64,000 nt of DNA from Candidatus Latescibacterota bacterium (GCA_965207885.1 OZ242311.1:2848001-2912000); one strand, 5' to 3'. Shown: positions 52,509 through 62,916, numbered from the stretch's first letter. Made by a program: numbers and translations. The notes: generated by a model not told the origin, from the letters alone.

Positions 52509-53660
52509 ATGCCTGCACTCAACGCCACCATGTGGACCTATCCCTGGGATTTGCGCGACGAAGGTTATGACGCCGTTCTCCACAAACTTCGCGAAGAAGT
52601 TAAACTCGATGCCATCAACCTGGCATCGGCTTACCACACCTTTGACATGCTGCGTCCCCATCTCCCTGCCAATAACACACTCGAGGTCTCACAATCAGCA
52701 ATTTATTTCGAACCACAAGAATCGCTCTACGGCGCGATCAAACCACATGTTAGCCCTTTGATGCAAAATGAAAACTGGTGGGGCGAAGCAGCAAGAGCCG
52801 CAACATCCGCTGGTATAAATCTCAATTCATGGACCGTCTTTTTTCACAACTCCCACCAGGCGCAATCCCATCCTGAATGTGCCGAAGTCCGCTGCACAGG
52901 TGACATCAGCACATCTGCCCTCTGCCCGGCAAATCCAGACGTGCGTGCCTTTGCCATCGCGCTCTCTCGCGATCTGGTTCTCAACTACGGCATCTCCCTC
53001 CTCGAATGCGAAGCCCTCGCCTACTCTGGTTGGGGCCATCTGCACTACCACGCCAAACACGGCATTGACCTGGGCTCTGGGGGACGCTACCTCTTTTCAC
53101 TCTGTTTTTGCGATAGCTGCAAAAAACGAGCGATGGAAGCCAATATCGACATTGCCCGGCTACAAAGCACTGTCACCGCAAAAATCCGCACGGCCTTTGA
53201 AACCGGTCAACCCGTTCGGGAAACGATCACAGACCTCAAAAGTACAATACCAGACCTCGAAGCATTTGACGCTATGCGCGAAGAAATTGTCACATCCCTC
53301 GTGCGCGAACTCAAAGCGTCCGTTGATGTCCCGCTCTCCTATATCTTGATGGGCGATTCACAAATCACGGGATCGAATCCCAAAGCCATTGCACAAATTG
53401 CTGACAGTGTAGAAATTCTTTCTTATACTGCTGATCCCCAACGCACCAGAACGCGAGTCTCTGAACTCTTACCCATCCTCCAGAGTCCAGACCAACTCGT
53501 TGTCGGACTTCAAGCCTATCCCCCAGCCTCCTCCGATGCAGAAACCCTCTGTGCCAATCTACAAGCGGCCCGAGAACAAGGTGTGACCAAATTCGCCTTT
53601 TACAACTACGGCATCATGCCGCTCTCCGCGCTCGATTGGGTTCGCCAGGCGATCCAATAG
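52509..53660 (+). CDS. Hypothetical protein, probable glycoside-hydrolase-like TIM barrel
   Basis: YPWD, LASAYH, LCPANPDVR, CFCDSC, FYNYG; RBS aaggag. Confidence 0.65.
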   Translation: MPALNATMWTYPWDLRDEGYDAVLHKLREEVKLDAINLASAYHTFDMLRPHLPANNTLEVSQSAIYFEPQESLYGAIKPHVSPLMQNENWWGEAARAATSAGINLNSWTVFFHNSHQAQSHPECAEVRCTGDISTSALCPANPDVRAFAIALSRDLVLNYGISLLECEALAYSGWGHLHYHAKHGIDLGSGGRYLFSLCFCDSCKKRAMEANIDIARLQSTVTAKIRTAFETGQPVRETITDLKSTIPDLEAFDAMREEIVTSLVRELKASVDVPLSYILMGDSQITGSNPKAIAQIADSVEILSYTADPQRTRTRVSELLPILQSPDQLVVGLQAYPPASSDAETLCANLQAAREQGVTKFAFYNYGIMPLSALDWVRQAIQ

Positions 53661-53708
53661 ACGGATCATAGCACACACCATCATCTTTTTCGAAAGGACA
53701 TATACTAT

Positions 53709-54755
53709 ATGCCCATTATCGACGCAACGCACCTTCGAACCCTGCAACGCGAACTCTACAGCGCTGCGGGATTTCCAGAAGACCAGGCTCACATCGTAGC
53801 CGACCACCTCGTGGATGCCAACCTCTACGGGCACGATTCTCACGGCGTTATTCGCACGCCGGGCTATATTCGCGCCATCACAAGCGGCAACATCAAACCC
53901 GTGCGCGAACTCAAAATCATTCGAGAAACCCCGGTCTCAGCCGTCATTGATGCCGAGCGCACCATCGGTATTGTCGTCGCCCACAAAGCCATGCAAATGG
54001 CGACCGACCGCGCCCTCGAACACACCATCGGCGCCATAGCTGTTCACCGATCCAGTCACATCGGTCGCCTGGGCGATTATCCGCCCAAAGCGGCTGAACG
54101 CAACTGCATTGGCCTGCTCATGCTCAATGGCGGCGGACGCTTCACCGCCCCCTTTGGCGGCACGAGCCGACGCCTCCCCCCCAATCCCATAGCCTTCAGT
54201 GCCCCTACACCCCATGGTCCTCCCCTCATGCTCGACATAACCACCAGTATGTCTGCCGGTGGCAAAGTCGATGTGTATCGCGCGCGCGGACAACAAACAC
54301 CCGATGGCTGGCTCGTAGATGCAGACGGCAATCCCGTGAATGACCCCAATCGCTTCAAAGGCAGCGACGTGGCAATGCTGCCCTTAGGCGGTCCACAAGG
54401 CCACAAGGGATATGGCCTGGGCATGATGATCGACGCCATCGCGGGCGGCCTCTCATGGGCGGGATGCAGTTCAGAACAACCCACGCGAGGCGGCAGTGGC
54501 TATATCGCCATCGCCATCAAAATCGACAGCTTTATCGACCTCGCTGACTATCTCAACGAAATTGGCCGTCTCTGCGACTGGATCAAGTCCTCTCGCACCC
54601 AGCCCGGCGTCGATAAAATTTATCTCCCGGGAGAAATTGAACACGACACACGCGCCAAACGCGAAGCCGAAGGTGTCTTTATCGAAGACGAGACCTGGGA
54701 TAACACAGTCGAAACAGCAAATGAACTGAGTGTATCAATACCTGAAGTACGATGA
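53709..54755 (+). CDS. Ldh_2-family (malate/L-lactate-like) oxidoreductase
   Basis: GHDSHG, HIGRLG, NPIAF, GHKGYGL, LPGE. Confidence 0.93.
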   Translation: MPIIDATHLRTLQRELYSAAGFPEDQAHIVADHLVDANLYGHDSHGVIRTPGYIRAITSGNIKPVRELKIIRETPVSAVIDAERTIGIVVAHKAMQMATDRALEHTIGAIAVHRSSHIGRLGDYPPKAAERNCIGLLMLNGGGRFTAPFGGTSRRLPPNPIAFSAPTPHGPPLMLDITTSMSAGGKVDVYRARGQQTPDGWLVDADGNPVNDPNRFKGSDVAMLPLGGPQGHKGYGLGMMIDAIAGGLSWAGCSSEQPTRGGSGYIAIAIKIDSFIDLADYLNEIGRLCDWIKSSRTQPGVDKIYLPGEIEHDTRAKREAEGVFIEDETWDNTVETANELSVSIPEVR

Positions 54756-54875
54756 GGCGTGAAAACCATACCTTCCCCCTTTCACCGCTAATTTCTTGAC
54801 AACATATAGTGATTATCGTAAACTGCTTGCGAGCTTATTTTCCTCATACAATTTATCAATGGAGGATACGCACCG

Positions 54876-55625
54876 ATGAGTAAAGATATTCAGCCTCTTC
54901 TGGATGACTGGCCCTGTGAACCCGGGCAATTGTGTGTTCGCAAAATCAGAGGGAATGATGGTCGCGCCAAAGTTCAACTCCGCATCGAAATGGGCATCTT
55001 ACAAATGGATGTCACCGGCCGCCCCGACGGTCAACAGCCCGAAGGGTATGAATCGCTCTTGCACTATTACAAAGCGCTGGCGCAAAAACGCGGTCCAGAA
55101 AACTTTGCGCTCAATTCTGAAAACTGTATGGAACTCCAGATGGAAGCCCTCCAATATTATCATCGCCGCATTAGCTTTCTCGAAATAGGCGAATATCTCA
55201 ACGCCAAAAAAGACGCCGAACGCAACCTCGAACTTTTCGACTTTGTCAAAGAGTACGCAGAAGATGAGGAAGATCGTATGGCGTTTGAGCACTATCGCCC
55301 CTTTGTCATTGGCCACCGCGTAAGGGCTGAAGTCCTGATGTATCTCGAACGCGAAGCCTACGATATGGCACTGTCAAAAATTGACGACGGCATTGACGAA
55401 CTTCGATCCTTCTTCAGAGAATTTGACCGTCACGACCTCATTGACGAAAACGAAGAAATCGCCTTCCTTCAGGAATGGGCAGACGAGATTCGCCGCGACC
55501 GTCCCAAATCCCTATCCCAGGACCTGCGCGACCAGATCCGCGAAGCCGTGGGCCTCGAAGACTTCGAACGCGCCGCAGAACTACGCGATCAACTTCTCTC
55601 TCTGAAGGAAAAGACTGAAATTTGA
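54876..55625 (+). CDS. UVR (UvrB/UvrC motif) domain protein
   Basis: C-terminal EAV..EDFERAAELRDQL; RBS ggagg. Confidence 0.8.
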   Translation: MSKDIQPLLDDWPCEPGQLCVRKIRGNDGRAKVQLRIEMGILQMDVTGRPDGQQPEGYESLLHYYKALAQKRGPENFALNSENCMELQMEALQYYHRRISFLEIGEYLNAKKDAERNLELFDFVKEYAEDEEDRMAFEHYRPFVIGHRVRAEVLMYLEREAYDMALSKIDDGIDELRSFFREFDRHDLIDENEEIAFLQEWADEIRRDRPKSLSQDLRDQIREAVGLEDFERAAELRDQLLSLKEKTEI

Positions 55626-55638
55626 TCTATAAACCAGT

Positions 55639-55701
55639 TGCGAGAGGTATGAATCACACTAAAAGCCCACGTCCTCTGACTGTGGGCTTTTAGTCTTTAC
55701 A
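55639..55701 (+). repeat. 63-bp direct repeat, copy 1, containing an intact terminator hairpin
   Basis: actaaaagcccac..gtgggcttttagt; 55/63 identical to 56538-56600 by manual alignment. Confidence 0.85.
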
Positions 55702-55763
55702 TCATTGTAAAACAATGATATATATTACATGCAAACCTGCACTTGCGGAGCGTATATCTATCA

Positions 55764-56525
55764 ATGAATGATTCCCTGTCATATTCAGTTGCGGTAATTG
55801 CAGATATTCACGGCAACGTCGCTGCACTCAACGCTGTCCTTGAGGATCTGCAAAGCCAATCCTATGATCGTCTGGTGGTCGCTGGTGACTTAGTGCTGAA
55901 CGGACCCCGCCCAGTCGAGAGTCTTGACACGATACGAAATCTGGGTGTTCCCACGATTTACGGGAACGCAGACCTGTTGGTCTTTGATGAACAGTATTCC
56001 GAGGAAAGACTGGACTGGGTGAGAGAGAAGCTAGGAACAGATGGATTGAGCTATCTAAAGAATCTGCCCTTTGAGCACCGGATAACCCCACCAGGAGGGC
56101 AGTCTCCGGAGGATGATCTTCTCATTGTCCACGCAACGCCTACTGATGTGGCCGGTTTTTTGGTTCTTCAACCTGATCAGGATCCGTTCAGACTTCTGAC
56201 CGTTACGCCAGAAGAGGAGGCCAGGACACTGCTCGGGGATGCGAAGGCCAATCTGATTGTGGCAGGACACTTGCACTATGCGTCCTATGGCGTTCCGTGC
56301 GGTCAGCGATATAGCATCATTGATTCAGTTGGGTTTCCGTTTGATGGGGATCATCGAATCGGATATGCCAGAGTGTGGTGGGATGGGCAGGAATGGCGTG
56401 TGGAGAATCACAGATTAAGTTACGATTACCACAAGGTTGTGGAGGATGTCAGGTGTTGTGGTGCGCCTTTTGGTGAGTTGTCAGCCCAAAGGATTCTTCA
56501 AACCAGGTTCAGGCCGGTAATGTAG
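55764..56525 (+). CDS. Metallophosphoesterase
   Basis: DIHGN, GDLV, GNAD, HATP, GHLH. Confidence 0.9.
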   Translation: MNDSLSYSVAVIADIHGNVAALNAVLEDLQSQSYDRLVVAGDLVLNGPRPVESLDTIRNLGVPTIYGNADLLVFDEQYSEERLDWVREKLGTDGLSYLKNLPFEHRITPPGGQSPEDDLLIVHATPTDVAGFLVLQPDQDPFRLLTVTPEEEARTLLGDAKANLIVAGHLHYASYGVPCGQRYSIIDSVGFPFDGDHRIGYARVWWDGQEWRVENHRLSYDYHKVVEDVRCCGAPFGELSAQRILQTRFRPVM

Positions 56526-56537
56526 AATCAGAAGCCG

Positions 56538-56600
56538 TGCGAAAGGTAGAAATCACACTAAAAACCCCTGTCCTTTGACTGTGAGCTTTTAGTCTTTACA
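56538..56600 (+). repeat. 63-bp direct repeat, copy 2 (hairpin degraded)
   Basis: tgcgaaaggtagaaatcacactaaaaacccctgtcctttgactgtgagcttttagtctttaca. Confidence 0.85.
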
Positions 56601-56695
56601 AGGTTGTAGCTCACATTGGGTTAATCTTCTCTGGAGAAAAGCTAGTGACTGAAGTCAGATACAACAGGCCAATTTGGGCGGGTAGAAACCCTCTA

Positions 56696-57517
56696 ATGAA
56701 CCATCCCTTACCTCCCACACCCCTTGCTGATGTCAATCTGGTCCTTGACCATTTCAGCGCACAACTCCAAGCACTCTTACAGCGCGACCTTCTCGGCATC
56801 TATATGGTGGGCTCACTCGCTCTGGGTGATTTCAGCCCGCGCAGCAGCGACATTGATTTTGTTGTCGTGACAACTACAGCGATTACTCCTGATCGCTTGG
56901 CTGCCTTGCAACACATTCACGCGCAGTTTGCTGCGAGCGATTCTGCTTGGGCCGAGAAAATTGAAGCGATCTATGTTCCCCCTTCTGCGTTCCGTCACAG
57001 CGCGGCAAACAGCTTGCACTATCCACAAATCGAAAAAGGCACATCGCTTTTCCTTACTCCGCTCGAAGACGGATGGGTCTTCCAATGTCTCACGATCCGT
57101 GACCATAGCGTAACCGTTATCGGACCCGATCCGCGGCCATTGGTCAACACAATCGAAACCCAGGAACTCCACGCCGCAGCAATGATGATCGTCGGCCAGT
57201 GGATGGAACAGGCATCACACGATCCAACCTGGTTGCCGTGGCTACGCAAGCGTGGTGCTCATGTGTTTGTCGTCCAAACACTGTGTCGTTTGCTGTATGC
57301 GCTAGCAAGTGAAACCGTGACCTCAAAGCCCCGCGCTGCTGAGTGGGCTCAAAAGAGCTGCGGAGAACCGTGGGCCACATTCATCGAGCAATCGCTTGTC
57401 AAACAGCATCGTGCGGGAAACATAACGCAGAATGAAGAGAATAAGACGCTGGCCTTCCTGGAATTCACCTGTGAACAGATTCAGCGTTCTGCTGCCTTAA
57501 TCCAGAATGCGGGCTAA
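56696..57517 (+). CDS. Nucleotidyltransferase with AadA/DUF4111-like C-terminus (aminoglycoside adenylyltransferase-like)
   Basis: GIYMVGSLALGDF..SSDIDFVVV; VQTLCRLLY..VTSK..AAEWA. Confidence 0.8.
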   Translation: MNHPLPPTPLADVNLVLDHFSAQLQALLQRDLLGIYMVGSLALGDFSPRSSDIDFVVVTTTAITPDRLAALQHIHAQFAASDSAWAEKIEAIYVPPSAFRHSAANSLHYPQIEKGTSLFLTPLEDGWVFQCLTIRDHSVTVIGPDPRPLVNTIETQELHAAAMMIVGQWMEQASHDPTWLPWLRKRGAHVFVVQTLCRLLYALASETVTSKPRAAEWAQKSCGEPWATFIEQSLVKQHRAGNITQNEENKTLAFLEFTCEQIQRSAALIQNAG

Positions 57518-57599
57518 CCAGCCATTGCAGCCGAACTCGCCGAGCGAGATCAGGACGATCTTACACTTCCAGTGCGGCGTTAGTGAAAAGAATCACGCC

Positions 57600-57688
57600 G
57601 CCTAACACAGCGTTTTGCGCTGCGCGCCATTCGGCGCTTGGCCTTCGGCAACCCGCTTCGCAGGTTCGCACACGCCAAAATGTTACAC
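57600..57688 (+). other. attC-like integron recombination site (degenerate)
   Basis: GCCTAAC inverse core, imperfect palindrome with nested hairpins (gccttcggc, aacccgcttcgcaggtt), GTT at 57682. Confidence 0.6.
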
Positions 57689-57767
57689 GCAAGTGGCGCA
57701 AGAACTCCCTCAATCAACCCCACTCCGGCAGATTGTGCTCAAAAAAATCTGAAGACTGGTAAACCTA

Positions 57768-58367
57768 ATGCGTTTTCACTTTATTCGCCACGGTAAGAGA
57801 GATCGCAAGATCGGCGACCCTTCATTGACATCAAAAGGGCAAGAAGAGACAGAACTACTCGCCAGGAAGTTAGCATCAAATGGCATCACACGAATCTTCA
57901 GCAGTCCACTGGCACGAACAAGAGAGACAGCAGAGATCATCGCCACCATTTTGAATCTTGAAGTTACTGAAGATTCACGGCTACGTGAACGAATGAATTG
58001 GGGTGACATCGAAGGCCAATCTTTCGATGAATTCATAGCTCAGTGGGAGCGTTGTAACAGAGAAAGAGATTACCAACCCGGTGTTGGCGATTCAAGCATC
58101 GAGGCTGGCAGACGCATTGAGGCATTTGTTTCCGATTGCTATCGTCAGTCATCCAAAGATACTGTGATTGGGGTGACCCATGGCGGTATCTTAGCAGACT
58201 TCCTTCTCAACGTTTTTTCGTTTGAAGAACTGAATCGCATTAGTCCGAAATTCTGCAATGACCCATACAGTGGTGAAGTAATGCGTGAATGCTCTGTTAC
58301 GACGATTGCATACGATGGCAACCAATATCGACTCGACGCTGCTGGGGCTATCTTATTTGAGTATTAA
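57768..58367 (+). CDS. Histidine phosphatase family protein
   Basis: RHG, SSPLARTRETA, LRER, VTHGG. Confidence 0.9.
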   Translation: MRFHFIRHGKRDRKIGDPSLTSKGQEETELLARKLASNGITRIFSSPLARTRETAEIIATILNLEVTEDSRLRERMNWGDIEGQSFDEFIAQWERCNRERDYQPGVGDSSIEAGRRIEAFVSDCYRQSSKDTVIGVTHGGILADFLLNVFSFEELNRISPKFCNDPYSGEVMRECSVTTIAYDGNQYRLDAAGAILFEY

Positions 58368-58408
58368 CTTTGGGCAGGACCACCGGCATTATCCTGGAGG
58401 CATACAAC

Positions 58409-59155
58409 ATGAGTGACGGGTCTGGGGCCGATCTTGAAACCGTACCTGTCCAGCAAGGCTACGCTCGTTGGTCTGAGACGTACGATACGCAGGATAATTC
58501 CTTGATCATTTTGGAAGAGCCGCTATTGCGATCCCTGTTGGGGGATGTCCAAGAACTCAGCGTCGCTGATATCGGCTGCGGTACGGGACGTCATACCCTC
58601 TATCTGTCAGAAGCAGGTGCCAGGGTGACCGCAATTGATTTCGCTCCAGAAATGATGGCGCAAGCTATTGAGAAGACGAAAGACCACGATGTGCGATTCG
58701 TTACCCATGATCTGACAGAGCGCCTCCCATTCGACAATGACACCTTTGATCGCGTCCTATGCTGCCTCGTCCTGGAGCACATTTCTGGTTTGGATCCAGT
58801 AATCGGAGAAATGGCGAGGATCTGTCGGCCAGGAGGTTTCATTCTCATCTCAGAACTCCACCCAGCGATGCGTCTCCGTCGCCTACAGGCTCGCTTCACT
58901 GATATGAAGACAGGCCAAAAGGTTAACGTCGAGGGCTATCACCACCAGATCGCGGACTATGTCAATGCAGCCTTGAAGGCCCAACTTCAGATTGATCGCA
59001 TTGAGGAGCATATTGCTGACGAATGCCTGCTTGAGAAGTCGCCTAGAGCGAAGGAGTACTGGACTGAGTTTCCAGAAGATTTTGATCTTGGTTGGCCGAT
59101 GTTATTACTCATGAGGTTGGGAAAACCTGTATCCGGTCCCCCACAGGGTGCTTAA
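58409..59155 (+). CDS. Class I SAM-dependent methyltransferase
   Basis: DIGCGTGR, LVLEHI, RICRPGG; RBS ggagg. Confidence 0.9.
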   Translation: MSDGSGADLETVPVQQGYARWSETYDTQDNSLIILEEPLLRSLLGDVQELSVADIGCGTGRHTLYLSEAGARVTAIDFAPEMMAQAIEKTKDHDVRFVTHDLTERLPFDNDTFDRVLCCLVLEHISGLDPVIGEMARICRPGGFILISELHPAMRLRRLQARFTDMKTGQKVNVEGYHHQIADYVNAALKAQLQIDRIEEHIADECLLEKSPRAKEYWTEFPEDFDLGWPMLLLMRLGKPVSGPPQGA

Positions 59156-59248
59156 CACGTTCACATAGAACTGCATCCGTTCTGGTGTTTATGTAATCGA
59201 GCCAACAAGCTCGTGAGAGGCCGTTTTGGGCAGAACACTACAGCCATC

Positions 59249-60646
59249 ATGGGGGCTACCTTGCTGGATACCAAGTTGATCTTTGTGGAAGGGATCCCTG
59301 GCTCTGGGAAGACCAATACAGCAGAGTTCCTTTGCTCGCAGCTTGAACGAAACGGGATACCAGTCGCACACATTCACGAGAAAGATCCAAATCATCCAAC
59401 TCGGATGGAGTGGCAAGGCGAGGCCTGCCAGATAGAGGAGAGTCTGGAAAGATGGCGAGACTTCACCGCCTCAAGAGCGCAGAACGATTCGGTCACCGTC
59501 CTCGATGGCCAGCTATTTCATCGCAATACGGCAGAGCTGTTCTTCAACGACGTTGAACCCGTCACAATCGAGAACTACGTTCGAGGAGTCATTAATGCAG
59601 TTTCGCAGCTCAACCCGACTGTGGTTTATCTGATTCAGTCTGACGTGCCGAGTTTCATGCGACGTACCTGTGATGACCGGGGAAATCGCTGGGAGAATAC
59701 CCAGATCAACCTGAAGGTCACCACACGGGCTCGGGCTAAGAGGAATGGGTGGCGGGGATTCGCTGGCTACGCTCAACTCTATACCGCGTTTCGAGAGATG
59801 ACGGATGAGTTAATTGGCAAGCTAGCCGTCCGAGTATGCAGAATCGATATGACCGACCATCAATGGCCTGAATACCTGACGACAATCCTTTCCCACCTAT
59901 CGCCAGGCCTCCAGGAGAAGGACATATCGCACAATCGTCTGGCTGCCACATACGGTGATCTATGCATCTTCCGGTGTGATGGTCTTCATAGCATTACCCA
60001 ATGTGAGACGATCACCAATGTAGCGCGGGACCTGAAGCTTATTCGGAATCCCGACTTGCTCAACCTGGATGGGCTCAATGTAGAGAGAGTAGGTAGAGAC
60101 ATTTACATGCTCTGCAACGAATCACTACAGAGCATCGCATCCCTAAACAGAATCAAAACTGTACCAAGGGATCTCCGCGTGGACGGCCATCCAAAGCTGG
60201 CGTCGCTGGAGGGGCTTCATAGGATTGAGTCTGTTGATGGTCGCTTGCTGATCGTATCTAACCACTCCCTGCGAGACTTGCAGGGGCTGCGAAGCCTACG
60301 GTACGTCTCCGGCGGCATACATGTTACGGCCAACAACAACCTTGCCGTCCTCGATGGTCTGCAAGAACTAAAGGAAATTGGAGGCTTCCTCTACATACGC
60401 CAGAACGAACAACTGGAGAGTCTGAAAGGCCTGGAGCATCTTGCATCCATCGGCGGCCATTTGGAAATCAGCAACAATCCACGACTAAGAAGTCTGAGAG
60501 GACTGGAGAACCTGGCTCACCTGGGTGGTCGGCTTATTATAGGCGGAAATGATATCTTGAGTCAGGCGGAGATCAATGGCTTCGTGGCGCAAATCAAAGA
60601 AAGAGGTTTCTCGGGGGACCTCTCCACAGAGCTTCTCCCGCCGTAA
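59249..60646 (+). CDS. P-loop kinase-like domain fused to receptor L-domain/LRR-like repeats
   Basis: IFVEGIPGSGKT; about seven 24-aa repeats of the form L.SL.GL..L..(I/V)GG.L.I..N. Confidence 0.75.
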   Translation: MGATLLDTKLIFVEGIPGSGKTNTAEFLCSQLERNGIPVAHIHEKDPNHPTRMEWQGEACQIEESLERWRDFTASRAQNDSVTVLDGQLFHRNTAELFFNDVEPVTIENYVRGVINAVSQLNPTVVYLIQSDVPSFMRRTCDDRGNRWENTQINLKVTTRARAKRNGWRGFAGYAQLYTAFREMTDELIGKLAVRVCRIDMTDHQWPEYLTTILSHLSPGLQEKDISHNRLAATYGDLCIFRCDGLHSITQCETITNVARDLKLIRNPDLLNLDGLNVERVGRDIYMLCNESLQSIASLNRIKTVPRDLRVDGHPKLASLEGLHRIESVDGRLLIVSNHSLRDLQGLRSLRYVSGGIHVTANNNLAVLDGLQELKEIGGFLYIRQNEQLESLKGLEHLASIGGHLEISNNPRLRSLRGLENLAHLGGRLIIGGNDILSQAEINGFVAQIKERGFSGDLSTELLPP

Positions 60647-60760
60647 AGAAGTGAGCATGCCGCATAACACAACAGTGAGTAGGCTCACATCTCAGGCATT
60701 AACAAATTTGGACCTGACGCAGAAATCTTTCTGATCAACCCGAACCCCTCTTCCCTTAAA

Positions 60761-61285
60761 ATGGTGGACCACATGGACAATCGTATTCTTGCTTTCACCC
60801 TACTCGCAGTACTCCTTTCAACAACGGTTTCACAAGCAGAGGATTGGTGGAAAGTCAGGCTGGATCAATTCAATCACCAGAAATTCAGCAAGGCTGTGAG
60901 CAGAGTCGATGAACACTTCCGAAAAGTTCAAGGACTGACTCGATTGCTCGCTGAGAATAGCGACAATGAGCGCTTTCGGAAGCGGGGCTTTATTTACGTT
61001 TCTCAGGTACCAGAAGGGAAGTCTGTCACCTTTAAAGTGGAAGGTCAGAAGCTAGCCCAATACACAATCCTGGACTGGGACATGCAGTATATTGGGTTTC
61101 CGAATCTTGTAACTCAACTCAAAGGCTACGGCTATGTTACGCAACGTGAAATCCTGCAACTTCGATTGGAAAACTTGCGACTTAAGGATGCACCAGAGAC
61201 GGAAACAAAGAAACTTGAGGAATCTCTGAGGAATCTGGAAGAAGAGATCAAAGACTTTACTTCAAAGACGAAATGGGTTGACTGA
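60761..61285 (+). CDS. Hypothetical secreted protein
   Basis: Signal-peptide-like RILAFTLLAVLLSTTVSQA; C-terminal coiled coil. Confidence 0.65.
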   Translation: MVDHMDNRILAFTLLAVLLSTTVSQAEDWWKVRLDQFNHQKFSKAVSRVDEHFRKVQGLTRLLAENSDNERFRKRGFIYVSQVPEGKSVTFKVEGQKLAQYTILDWDMQYIGFPNLVTQLKGYGYVTQREILQLRLENLRLKDAPETETKKLEESLRNLEEEIKDFTSKTKWVD

Positions 61286-61346
61286 TACAAGCGAAGATGA
61301 TTAGACTTTCTCTTGAGGTTTTCACAATACGACGGACCGTTTAACG

Positions 61347-61751
61347 ATGCCATCACATTACGTAAAAGCAGGCGTTGCCGGAGTGATTCTCAGAGGCAAC
61401 CAAATTGTAATGGTTCGCCGTAAATACGGGACACATAAAGGGAAGTGGTGTATCCCTTGCGGAAATGTTGAGGTTGGTGAGGACGTCCGAACTGCCGTGA
61501 GGCGCGAGATTAAGGAAGAGACTGGTCTGGATGTAGAAGTCGGTGACGTCGTGGATGTGCTCTCGACTCATCACTCGCCTGAGCGGAGTGTGGTAGGAGT
61601 GTGGTTTCTCGTTAAAGAAAAGGGCGGTAATCTGGTCGCAGGGGACGATGCTGCTGAAGTCCAGTTATTCCCTCTCGAGGAGCCGCCAGCAGATATGGCA
61701 TTCGAGGCGGATAGGAAGATAATTGAGCGACTGAAAACCACGAACTTGTGA
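61347..61751 (+). CDS. NUDIX hydrolase
   Basis: GNVEVGEDVRTAVRREIKEETGL; GDDA. Confidence 0.93.
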   Translation: MPSHYVKAGVAGVILRGNQIVMVRRKYGTHKGKWCIPCGNVEVGEDVRTAVRREIKEETGLDVEVGDVVDVLSTHHSPERSVVGVWFLVKEKGGNLVAGDDAAEVQLFPLEEPPADMAFEADRKIIERLKTTNL

Positions 61752-61865
61752 AGGTCTCACGAGACCGAAGGCGGTGCAAGATTACAAGTGCCAATATCAA
61801 CCCCAAACCTGGCTATTTCCGGATGCCAAACCGGGACGGCATTTGACTGAACGGTCAGTTCAAAA

Positions 61866-62777
61866 ATGACTCACAGAATTGAAACCGTCAACTACAATAG
61901 CAGTATGGCGAGGGACCTGGCTACGTTCTTCGCAGATCTGGTCGGTGGAGTTCCGCATTGCAGGTCCCTTACTCCCGACGAAATTGATTTCGCCGTTGGA
62001 GGAAACGAGAGAAGAAAGAACCGAAGGATCCAGCCAGAAGTGAAGCTGGTCGCTGTTTCAGGTTCCGAGGTTGTTGGGCTTGCCTTAGTAGGGCCAGGAC
62101 ACACCGGGACCTTAAGGCCTACAGGCAGAGGAATTGTCCGATTCCTCGGATACAAACGTGGATGCCGACGAGCTGGCCAGATGCTACTCAACGCCGTTGA
62201 GTCTCACGCATTGGAGAACAATGCGTCCTCGGTCACGATCTTCTCGAGAAACTTTCCCTTCTTCAGATCTCTTCCCCAGGCCAGCTTGTCGAATCACCTG
62301 GCTCACGTCCAGGGGCTCTTGGCCGCACATGGCTACGTTCGTAGTAGAGGTCACGTAATACTTGAGTGGCCGTGCTTCTCGCAGGAACCGGTTCCCGCGT
62401 CCTGCCCTCTGGATTTCCGATCTGAAACTGTGCCCGAGGATGGCGACATGCCTGCACTTCGTGTTACATCATTTCTGAACGCCAGTGAGGTTGGTGTGTA
62501 CTTCAGCCGCCCATTCAGGACATCTGAAGTAAAGAAGGGAGAGGGTCCTTGGCTCTGCGTGAACGATGTTGACGTTGTGGAGGCAGAACAGGGGAAGGGC
62601 TACGGATGGTTGACACTTCAGCGCGGCCTGTACGACGCCTCGCAATTGGGATACCGGAGCGCGATCATCGGTACGAACGAGAACAACGGTCCAGCCCTTT
62701 CACTGTACGCGAACATGGGATTCCGGCCCGTTGACTGGACCTACGACTTCCACCGAGATTTGCAGTCAAACCCATAG
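61866..62777 (+). CDS. GNAT acetyltransferase (tandem domain)
   Basis: QGKGYG, NGPALSLYANMGF. Confidence 0.82.
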   Translation: MTHRIETVNYNSSMARDLATFFADLVGGVPHCRSLTPDEIDFAVGGNERRKNRRIQPEVKLVAVSGSEVVGLALVGPGHTGTLRPTGRGIVRFLGYKRGCRRAGQMLLNAVESHALENNASSVTIFSRNFPFFRSLPQASLSNHLAHVQGLLAAHGYVRSRGHVILEWPCFSQEPVPASCPLDFRSETVPEDGDMPALRVTSFLNASEVGVYFSRPFRTSEVKKGEGPWLCVNDVDVVEAEQGKGYGWLTLQRGLYDASQLGYRSAIIGTNENNGPALSLYANMGFRPVDWTYDFHRDLQSNP

Positions 62778-62849
62778 AGGCGGCTTCCGCCAACTGAAAA
62801 GGCGCGACCACCACACCACCCCCGCCCCCCCAAACCTCCCTTCGGTCGT

Positions 62850-62916
62850 CCAGTCCTTCGGACACATTGCCTACGCTATGCTACGGCAACATCAGGCATC
62901 GCAAGACGTTAGTGGC
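62850..62916 (+). other. attC-like right arm
   Basis: ttgcctacgctatgctacggcaa hairpin followed by cgcaagacGTTAGTG, just upstream of the next gene. Confidence 0.4.
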
